Origin: Lama glama
Taxonomy: Eukaryota
DNA: 64,000 nt
Direction: 5' to 3'
Assembly (NCBI GenBank): GCA_028534125.1
Contig: CM052823.1
Coordinates: 60,140,001 to 60,204,000, forward strand
The notes under the pieces were generated by a model, which was given only the letters and a program-made list of their open reading frames with translations, did not search any database and was not told where the DNA came from. Position numbers and translations under genes: made by a program. This document shows positions 10,938-21,440 of the stretch, in pieces; within the stretch, counting starts at the first letter, position 1; each line of letters opens with the position of its first letter.

Positions 10938-11794
10938 AATCAGTGGCACAGGCCTCACTGTGCTCTTGGTCCTGCCACTCCCTTCTCCACGTCTTTCATG
11001 GCCCCTTCACTGTTTTATGGACCAAGCCATCCTGAGGGCATGAACATTGATGGCGGGGGAACTGGGGCCCCCCCTTAGACACCAAGAACAGCTCCTGGCC
11101 ACGGCCCCACTGGGAAGGGACTCTGCCGAGCAAAGCTGCTGGTCGAAGAGAACAGCATCTGCACTGGCGTTGGCCATCTGTTTCTCTGTGTACGTCGTCT
11201 CCCGGGATGACCTTTAATGCCCTTTCCTACCACCTCTCGGTGATTCCTCGATTCCTCCCCCATTGGGAAGGCTATAGGGCATTAACCGAAGGAACACTGC
11301 TCTCCTCCTATACCTTTACCCTACAATCTGTCAGGGGAAACCCTGAAGACCTCTGGTCCGCGAGGACTTTGGAGTTTGAGGGGGCGAACCTTGAAGGTGC
11401 TGGCTTGCTGCTACAAGGACCCTGGAAGCTAGCACGGACACGTGCATGGGGATGCCTGCCTTAGACCTCGGGGCCACAGTTAACTGCTGGGGGCTCAGCA
11501 TCCTCCTGGGAGGTGTGGGAGTGATCTGCCCTGCCAGCTGTTTTGAATGTCTTCAGGGCATTCGGGTGTTTAGTGGAAGGTGCGGTACCTTTCCAGTATC
11601 TTCCATCTTCCTTTGTATAGTTGTCCTTCCTTTGGCCCAGGGTTGGGAGGATAGAGGGGAGGCTGTGTCTCTCCACCTCTTCCATGTGCCTCTGTAGACT
11701 GGGCTCAACCCCAGCTGTTAAAGTTGCTCCTGTTCCCTAGCTGGGCACACGTGAGCCCGTCTCACTGGATTTTATACTCTAGCGTCTGTGTACA

Positions 11795-11846
11795 TAAATT
11801 ATATATATGTATATGTATATGTATATATGTATATATATGTATACAT
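11795..11846 (+). repeat. (TA)n/(TATATG)n low-complexity microsatellite in RBM23 3' UTR
   Basis: atatatatgtatatgtatatgtatatatgtatatatatgtatacata. Confidence 0.9.
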
Positions 11847-12172
11847 AAAAACTTTGTACAGAAAACAGGCCCCACTGTTGTGGTGGCTGCTTCCCATGTG
11901 GTCTCAGTCCGTTGGGTGTGTCTGTCTGATGTTAACTTCTCATGAGCCAAAACCATGAGTGGTTCTAGGAATATAAAACATTTGTAATGCCACTGAGTTT
12001 TCTTTCCTTTATTTTATTTTATCTAACCACCTTTAGAAAGAAAAACAGATAAAACACACTCACCTTATCTGTATCTGCTATTCTCCCATGGTTTTGACTA
12101 TCTCCAGACCTACCTGCCCATTGGACAGATGTCTGGGTTCTATCTCTGTGGCTGGGGACAGATCTTGTCTTT

Positions 12173-12188
12173 CCACCAGATGGCAGTG
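12173..12188 (+). promoter_or_regulatory. Candidate CTCF site downstream of RBM23
   Basis: CCACCAGATGGCAGTG is a near-perfect CTCF core. Confidence 0.6.
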
Positions 12189-14079
12189 TGACAGTAGCAC
12201 ACTCTGCACCTTTCTCCAGGGGTGTTTCATGGTCTTGAGGCACTTAAGTACCAGAGAAGCCTCCTAAGCTCACCATTGTTGATCTCTGTCCCTGCCTTTG
12301 GCTTTCTTTGTAGGAGAAATCCCAATCCAATATCCAAAGGGGGTTGGGCATTTTACACAGGGCTCCCAGGCCTCATGTCTGCTATTGTTCCTCCTTTCAG
12401 TCCTTTCATATCTTGCTTTCCAGAAGGCTCACTCTGCCTGGGACAACATAGGCCTAGGACTGATCACTGTATTCCAGGCATGGCCCTGCCAAAGGTGGGG
12501 CACACCTTTCTCCACCTGCTTTGTGAGGCTTAGAACAAGGGGCGAGCCCAGAGCCTGGCTCACCAACTAGGGTCCAACCAAGAAGAGGTCTGAGGTGCAG
12601 GGACAGGCCTCTGTAGGCCTCCTCTGTTCTTTACTGGTCTCTATGGCAACAGAATGTTAAGACTATTGTTATGCTAAAAATATGGATAATTGCTGTTAGG
12701 TTTTAATTTGTCAGCCTAAGTTTCTAAGCAGAGTGATGGTTTTTTAGTGATGTTAGTTCCTGAGGTGGCTTTTCACACTGAAGTGCTGAGTACCTGAAAC
12801 CTGCTTGTGGCATGATAGGCCACTGAGACTCCCTCAGAGGTCTTCCCTGACCCTCTCTTTTGTATTGGGTCACACCGCTTGTGTCCTCCATAATACTGAT
12901 CACAATTTATAATTATAGAAATTGTAAAATTTATAAAATGAGCAACTCTTGTGCCTTCTAGGCTGCTGCAGTGTCAACTGCTGCTGCTGCTGTCATTTCC
13001 TCCGCTGTCACCCCTGCCCCTTCTCTATCCTGGTTTGCTCTCTGGACCTGAGGGAAGGGAAGGAGGCATTATTTTTAGGTGGAAGCAGCTGGCTATGGCC
13101 CAGTCCCCCTATAGTTATTGATTTGGCTGCTAATGCATCCTGAGCTCAGTCAGACCATTTTTATTCGTCATCTTGAGGCTGTGGACCAGGCTTCCTCACA
13201 GCACTCTTGAACTCCAAACTAGAAATGCCCACAGGCCCTGCCCCCCTGCCCGCCTCACATGGGCCCCATAACTGCTGGTTTCCTCACATTCCCCCCCGCC
13301 CCCCGGCTGCTTTGGCCTTCCTGCACTTTGGGTTGTTCCATCTCGATCTTCCTTCTTCCCTGTTACTTCCTCATATAGCCTTTTGCTGGGAGAGAGACAA
13401 GGATGGAAGTAAGGAAACACCTAAGGCAACTTCTGCTCTAGTCTTAACCCATATAAGGTGACAGCGTCTAATGGGTGGCAGCCAGTGTCACTGCGTGTGA
13501 CTCAGTGCCTTCTTGTTACTCACCCCTCTAGAGGGGGTGGTTAGAGTGCAGTTCTAGAAGGGGGCAGTAAACAGCCTCTGGGCCCAGCCTAATGTAAAGA
13601 AATGTCCCTCAACCTCCTACCAGAGCCTGGGGGCTAAGGTGGGAGTAGAGGTGAGACTTACCCAGATCCCTTCCCAGTATGGTTAGACTTTCCCCACCAG
13701 TCCTCACTTCTAAATGGGATTTCCACCTGACTTTTGGCTTGCAGTCTCCTTTTCTGTCTTCTCTAAGGCAGTGGCATTTCCTCCCTGTTCCTTGAACTGT
13801 GTTCTTGACATTGGGTTTCTGCTGACTTCCTTCTTAGGTTCCAACAACCCCCAGATAGGAGCTACCGGTGGAGGCAGCGGTTTGACCTATGAACTTTTAG
13901 TCTTGGGGCATATGAGGAAGGGAAATGTGCTAAAAACTTGAAGGGAGATACTCTATCACAGCCCCTCTTTTCTCTTAAGAGTCTGGTGAGAATCAGGAAG
14001 TATTACTTGGACAGTGACAAGAGGCTGGCCTGGTTTCGAAAGGTGAGGTTGTAGGGGGTGGTTAACAAATAATGAGAAT

Positions 14080-14310
14080 TTACATGTTTGCGGGATTTGA
14101 GTGGGTTAGGCATTGTTCTGATCATTTTATACGTATTGAATCGTTTAATCCTCACAACGACCCTCTGAAGTATATTCTTTTATTATCTTTACTTTGTAAA
14201 TAAGGAAACTGCTACCCAAAGAGGTTAAAAGACTTGTTCCCCGATTACACAGTAAGCAGGTTTGGAATTCCAATCCAGGCAGTCTAGATTCAGACTGTAA
14301 TTTTAACCTT
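14080..14310 (-). mobile_element. MIR SINE fragment
   Basis: tttaatcctcacaacgaccctctgaag...attatctttactttgtaaataaggaaactg...agaggttaaaagacttg is the MIR core. Similar remnants lie at about 1395-1520, 15330-15500, 16330-16480, 35170-35350, 35500-35700, 36900-37050, 38150-38430, 42500-42620 and 58450-58640. Confidence 0.7.
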
Positions 14311-17300
14311 TCTTAAAGACTCTGATGCTTCCTGGTTGGGGTTGACTTTCCCTTTCAGTATTCTTTGTCCTATCATAGGTCTTATTCTGATTTTATTTAC
14401 AGTTCTTTGTGAACTCGTTACTAGATGGTTATAGCCTGATGAAGCCAGCCATAGATGTGTCTTTTTCATTATTGCTTTGCTTTTCACATATTTTGTATCT
14501 GATGAGCTGAATTAATTCCCTCTCTGTTCAAGTCAGCTTTCCAAAAACCAACCCTTCTAGCCTGCTTTCCCTGGCAGCCTTATCCATTTCTTCCTCACCC
14601 CTCCAGGAGGGGAGGCAGCTCTACTCTTTTTGGTGTTACCATGGTAGCCTGTGATGCTTTCTGTCTATAAAGTGCGCTTGCCATCCACCAGAGACTGATG
14701 TTTCCATGGCAGCCAGGTGAAGTCAATAGTCATGAGCTGGATGCAAGAAAGGAATTCTGGTCTGAGAAGCTGTGTGTCTGAATCTTCTGGCTGCAAACAT
14801 TCCTCCCCTCCCAACTTTTGCACTCTATATACAGAACTGATTGCTCTCAAAGTGTGTTCTTTGTTGAGAGAGTTCTGTGTGTGAGGTGAAGCAAACCAAT
14901 CATCTTGTGTGGGAAGATGGAGGCAAGGAAAGAGCTGATCAAAGATCACTTTTAAAAGTTGGATGAGTTCTGTTAGCTCTCCCAGATGATCTGTTTTCAA
15001 GAGCCCTTAAGGAGTTGGCTGGAGTTACTGGAGAGCCATTAAGCAGTTGTTTTTGAGGGCAGTGGGTGGATGAGGTGCCTGAAGGTTGGAAAGGAGCCAG
15101 TCAGGGCTGGATTTCAGAAAGGGGGAAACAGTGACCTTGGAAGTCAGAGACGCGTCAAGCTCTTGCCAATGTTCCAGAGAGGGTGGGAGCTTCAGTCAGC
15201 TTTCAAGCGTCCTGAAGCCCACTTGTTCAGAATGAGTGGTGCTGAGAATTAGCCTCCTTCTCCCATCTCCTGGGCCCGACCAAGCCTGGAGACCTCACCC
15301 TAGAACAGAAAGGGCCTGCTGTGGAGCGACAGCACCTAGTTCGGATCTCTTCGGCCACAGACAAGCTGAGTAAGCTTGGGTGATGCTTTGCTTCTCTAAC
15401 TCTCACCTATAGAAAGGAAGCAATAGCAGAATATCTGCCTCAGGGATGTTGTAAAGATTAAATGAAATGGCACGGGTAGAGGGCTTAGAACTTGTTTGCT
15501 TGTCATTACTACCGCCATCATCACTCCCATTCCTCAGGATGCATACACACTTTCTGCCTGACCTCATTGTCCTCCCCAGCTTCAGAGAATGTTCGAGGTT
15601 TACAGGGGCAGAAGTGAGGGTAAGGCAATGGTGAAAATAAACCTTAATTATTCCTGGGCTAAAGTCGTAGGCTCGCAAGGTCCTGGGTCACACACACAAT
15701 CAGCCTAAGTCTCAGGAAAACAAACCCCACTGGCCCAATCTCTCTTTATGCTTGAAACTCTGTATAATCAGATTACGACCAGATGGCTTTAGAAAATCAA
15801 GGTGAGCCCCTCAGGTACTTTCAGGATACCTAGTGCTCTTTGCTTGGTCTGCCTGGGGAAGAGCCCAGAGCATTCTCCGTTACAGTGCTCGTCCATTGCA
15901 AGCACCCCTCCCAACCTCCCACACAATCTCCTGTAGCACCTGCCTTTGTTGGTCTCCAGAGTCCCATCCTACCTAATCTGGCAATTTCCTTTCAGAATAA
16001 GCATTTTAAATGTGCACAGGTCCTCTCCCTAAAGTTATAATTTGAACTAAAAAAAATGGGAAACTGTAGTATAATACCATCCTTAGGCTTCAGTTGCCAA
16101 TCTTCCCCCTAATCCTCCCCAAACAACAAATCCCGTAATGGGTTACCTGCGAGTCCTGTGGGAGATGTGTTGGACCTCGCGGACCACAACTTAAATTTGT
16201 ACCTTTAGAGTGGTACTGTGTTTTGAGAGGTTAGCAAGCTGCCTGGTTGTCTGAATGAGGGACCAGACACAGGTTGCAAAAAAAAACCATTACTTCCACT
16301 GCTTATTTGTATAATTACAAAGATATTTGCAGTTTTATCTAGTCCTCACAACAAGGTAGGTACTAGTATCCTCATTTTATAACTGGAAGGGCTGAGGTTC
16401 AGAAAGACGAGAGGTTAAGAGTGACTTCCTCCATAGACTTCCATCCAGTAAATAGTGGGCCTGAGTGTTAGCTAAAACGTTTGCAGGACCCCACTGAATT
16501 TGTATTCATCTTGTGTTTACCAGGCTACCAAGCTATGGAGGCACAACAGCAAGATTCAAATCCCTTGAGTATATCCATCAGACAGCCGCCTACGTGGTAA
16601 AGGTCTAAGAAGCGGGATGCTCTGCTCTGGTTTTTGGGCCCTTGACAACTTGGCTGAACAATCCCCCCAAATTCTGCTGCCTGCGATACAGGGAGTCTTC
16701 ACCTCATCATGTGGCAGGCTGCCTGCCATTTCTCCTGTGCGGTTGCTCATGTAGTTTCAGTACAAGGCGTTTTTCCCCTTCTTCCCCCCATCTATCTACA
16801 GCCCACCTAAAACCTCCAAGGCCCAGTTCCTAAAAATACGTCTTCCAAATTTTGTTTCTTCCATTCAGACATAGAGTGCATGATGTAGCTTGCAGTCAGA
16901 GTTAGAATGTGGTATAGTTTGCCTCTGTTTTGGCCATATAGTGCCTTGTCCTGTCTCTCCAGCTCAGTTATAAGCTACTTGAGGGCAGGAGTAGTATCTT
17001 ACCTGTATTTGTTTCCTGCATAAGCCCAGCACAGTGACTGGCATATGGCAGTACTTGAGTGGAACAGGCCCTTGTGGATGAAAGGTTAAAATATCCAGGA
17101 AGAATTCACTTAGACTTATGTGGATTGGAACTATGTTAGATTAATAAAAAGAGGTATGTATGAGTGGGCTTGCTGGGAGTGACGGTTTAACCCAGAAGAC
17201 TTGTGGAGTGTCCTTTCATGATTCTCACAGCCTTTCAGAAGAGGACAGCCCCTGCTCCAGCTTTTCTAGAAAGGGTTAGATGCAGCAGGGCAGAAAGGGC

Positions 17301-18559
17301 CAATTGTGAGCAGAGGCCCACAGCAGAGGGATACCTTCTAAGACAGGACTGGCCTCACCTTTGGGATCTCAAGGGAGAGAACACCTGGTCTATGCTCTTG
17401 GCCAATGAGAGGGCCTTGTGGGTTAGTAGGGGTTGGGCAGGGGCTGGGCTGATAAGGGAGCATAGACCCCAAGACCAAATTGCAGAGGTTAAGAGGAGCA
17501 CGAGGGCAGAGGACCTTACCTGGCACAGGCAGCTCAGGCCCCAGTCCCTTTACTGATCTCTCACACTAGCCCAGATCAGTAGCCGGCCCTACCTTGCCTT
17601 GATCAGAGGGTGGGAAAAGAATGGCCAGTCTCTCGGAGAAGACCCCATCTCTCCCAAGTCTGGCGGGAGAAGGGCTTCAGCTTCCGTCTGTTCTGAGCTC
17701 TTTCCTGTAGGCGGCTGGAGGGAACACACAGATGGGTCGGGCTGATGGAATTGGCTGAGTTGAGGGGAGGGAAGCTTGTGGCGTGTGTGGCTCCCCTCGT
17801 GAGGGAGGTCCTGCTGTCATCATCTTCAGACTTCTGCCACGTGAAAGGCACTGCCTTCTTGTTCCTCATCCTTCCCTCTTGGCACGTTTGACCATTGGTG
17901 ATACCCTTCCACTAGAAAGCCCTCCTCCCTGGGCAGTAGCCACGGTAAGCTCAATCCTAGTTCTTTCATTACCTCTTTGGCGGCTGCATCTCCGCCTTCT
18001 CACCTGCCTATCCCCGGGACTCTCTCTTTTGTCCCTCTTCTTTCTCTGGAACACCAAACTTTGATTTGTTTTAAATTATTTACTTTTTGAACAGGTAGGG
18101 TATACCATAGTTAACAACTCAAAAGGTAGGAGAAAGGCATACAATGAAAAGTAAACCTCCCATACCTGTCCTCCACGCACCCGATTCCCCTTCTCAGCAG
18201 CAATCAGTACCATCCTGATTCGTGATCTGTTGGGTCACAGACCCCTTTGGAAGTCTGATGGGATTTGTGAACCTATTCTCAGACAAATGCGTGACTGCAC
18301 AAACACATCAGATTGTACCATTTCACAGAAATCACAGACCCCTATAGCCCATGTGTGGTTTGAGGCTAAGGATCCAGCCTATATATTACACCCTCCCCCT
18401 TAGTATCTCCCTTAGTGTAATTTGTGGGTCCCTGGGCAAAATGAAATTGCAGGGCTCCTTGTTAAAGGGAGAGCAGAGCATTAATCTAAGCAGAGGGACT
18501 TGTGTGACTGCCCTGCATCTCATTCTTTTCTCTGGTTTTCTACTACCATTCTTCTGGCG

Positions 18560-19140
18560 ACTATTCTCATATTTGTGTCTCTTGTCCTAACTTGTTCGGA
18601 ATTTCAGACTCAGTTATCCAGGGAGCTGCTGAAACTCTCCATATGGATGTTTTTCTAAGCATCTCAAACTCGAGGTTCTCCAGGATAGAGCCACTCACCG
18701 GCTACCTCCTCTGCCCCCTATTCCCAGTTCCTCACCATCCTCTTACCACCTGCAACTCCTCCCTCTCTTTATACCCAGCTACTCAGTTGCCAAGTCTCAT
18801 AAATTCTGACTCTAAAATCTGTGCCACCTCTCCTTTCCTGCTGCCATCTCCCTCGGGTGGTCCTTCATTACCCTCCGTATGTATTACTGTGATTGCACCC
18901 TAAGTGCAGCTCCTCAGGCCTTGCCTCTGCTGCTCCAGTCCATGCATACCTCTCCCAGCCTTCTCTTCCCAAAGGACCAGCCTCGTCATGTCACACACTC
19001 AGAGACCGTCACTGATTCTCACTGCCTACAGAGTTGGGCACAAACTCCTTTGCCTGGCATTTAAGGTCCTTTGCAATAGGGCTCCAGCCCTTTTTTTCAG
19101 TGTTGTCTCTTACCCCTCCTCCTCATGTCCCTGAGGTTTC
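18560..19140. mobile_element. LINE-2 fragment
   Basis: Pyrimidine-rich degenerate L2-like sequence (ctccatatggatgtt...agcatctcaaactc...caaactcctttgcctggcatttaaggtcct). Confidence 0.55.
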
Positions 19141-20342
19141 AACCCAACTGTAGAACCATCTGGTCTCTTAATGGGTCCAGTGTGTTTTCCTGCATTTTCT
19201 AACTTGAACTGCCTGTGTTCCTGGTCCCCAGAGTTTAGAGCTGGCTTACTCCACTATAGGCATGTCATTTCTCTGGCCCTTTTACCACAGCCACTGTCCA
19301 TGGCTCTGCCCATAGTGTCCCCTGCATTTCTTCTATAGTCCCTCTCCCTCTTCTTCCCATCCTTACTGGAAGAGGAACCTCAGCTGCAAAGCTGGATAAA
19401 ACCCCCATTAAGTAAGCAGACATGAGTGGACGCCTACCTCTATTGCTTATTGACCTCTAGCAAGCTATTTAAACCTTCTGCTGCTTCCACAGTAAAAAAA
19501 AAGGCAATAACACCTTATATAGTCATTAAAGAATTAATAGCTTAAGTGAATAAAGTCCTAAGGATAGTATCATTATTCATATTATCATCTCACCACCCCT
19601 GCCCACTAGTCCTTGTTGGCTCCTCTCCAGCAGTAAGGACTCAGCAGACATCTCATCTCTCCATCGAGTTGAGTTCTGGGTTGGGTGGAGTGGGGGCCTG
19701 GTCCTCAGGTGCTCGGGTAGCTTTATTGTGTGTCTAGGGGTGAGGGGAGCTGCTGCCTCTGCTCCTTTTGTTCAAACTCGTGGCTCAGGCAGCAGCAAGC
19801 GTGGGTGTCCTCAGGGGAGGCACTGACAGCTTCAGTTCTCACACGGGCCTTGCAGGTGACAGCTGGGGTGGTGGGGCCCTGCCAGGGGTGGTGCAGGCCA
19901 ACCCCATCACACCCCAGCTGATGGGCCTCCCTTGTGGTTGTGGGCCCCACCTTGAACCAGCCCAGGCCACAGCTCAGTGTAGCTCTGGACACAAAATGTA
20001 GCCTCCAGGCTGCTCCTTGCAAAATAAGAGTGGGGTAAGGAGATGGGGACTTGATCCACTGTGTCACTGAGTTACTAAATTACTTCTAGGAGGTCCCTGT
20101 TCCTCTCCAGGCCTGTTTTTTCCGCTGGCAGAGGGCAACTGAACCCGTGGTATCTTTAGGGCCTTTTGCCCCGTCCTAGACTACTCCAGGACTAAGTCAG
20201 TTCTGGAGCCTCTCTAGAGATCTAGGTTCCTTAGTCTTCTGAGCCTGAGTTTTCTTGTCTGTAACAGTTTCCATCTACATTCATCCCTTCCATGGGGGCT
20301 TTGAGAACAGAGTCAGAGTAAGCAAGTGAAGTAGAAAAATTC

Positions 20343-20348
20343 TTTATT
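20343..20348 (-). terminator. REM2: REM2 polyadenylation signal AATAAA
   Basis: tttatt on the + strand about 750 nt after the REM2 stop. Confidence 0.7.
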
Positions 20349-20759
20349 GAAAAGGAAAAGGTGGTCCCCTGGCTGGTGCCTCCTGGGCCCCGGCCAAATG
20401 GGAGCTGCCACCGCTCAGCTCTCCACGCTGGCAGCTGAAGGCAAAAGTCTGCACATCTTACCTTTAATAACCTTAAAGGGGAAGTGCGGTGGTGAGTCGG
20501 TAAACCACAGAATTAATTCTGGAGAACTGCGCTTCCAGGCCCTTGCCTTTAAGAACTTCTTAAAGGCAAAGTGGACAAGTGCAGCTTAAGAGCCAGAACG
20601 CTTAAGGAAAGTCTCAAAAGAAGCAGCTCCGTGTCTTTACCTTTAAGAATCTCTTAAAGTTGAGGCATATTCGCGCAGAGTACAAAGGTGGAAAACTGTA
20701 AAGGAGTCTACAAAGCACTTTTCCAGTTCTTGCTTTTTAGGATCTCTTTACAGGGGAGA

Positions 20760-21440
20760 TAGTCAAGCGCGAATTAATAAAAACAGAACATCTTGCAGAA
20801 CTACCTTTCTCCCCTCCCACCGGCCACGGCGCACCCCCGCAGGTCGGCGTCCTCGCCTTCCAGGAGCCCTGGGGATGGGAGGTAACCGGAGAGCGCGCGG
20901 AACGGGTGGGGGCGACGCCCGCAGGGGCCTGGGGGCGGGGGGGGCGCCTCCCGCGGTCACTCCAGGGCGTCCCGAGAGTTTTTGGTTTCCTCCTAGACGG
21001 TCTTCGCAAGGGAAGCCGGTCGGACCGGGGAGGGGCGGGGCGAGGGGGCGAGCGGAGGGTGCGGTTAGCATGGCAACCGCGGTGACCATGGCGACCGCGG
21101 CTCAGAGCACAGAGAGGTCGTGACACGACCTGGAGCGCTGCTTGAAGAACTTGGCGTTACGCGGCACCAGGTTGGCAAGGAAGCGCTTGGCCTTCTTGGT
21201 GAGGCTCTCGCGGCGCGCGGGCGGCGGTGGTCCCTCGGGGCTGCCCCACTCCGGCCGAGGGCCCCCGGCGCGGTTCCGCCCGCGCCGCAGCCGGATCTGG
21301 CGCACCGCGCCTTCGAAGAGCTCCCGCGTGTTGTGGTGCAGCGCGGCCGACGTCTCAATGTGCTTGCAGCTCAGTGTCCCTGCCAAATGGCGGCCCTCTG
21401 CAGGAAGGGACCTGTTCAGGCGCTCGCCCGCTGCGGGGTG
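20760..21440. promoter_or_regulatory. 3' CpG island overlapping REM2 last exon and 3' UTR
   Basis: Very CpG/GC-rich, with a GC box GGGGCGGGGC at about 21032 and tandem X-box-like palindromes at 21061-21100. Confidence 0.8.
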
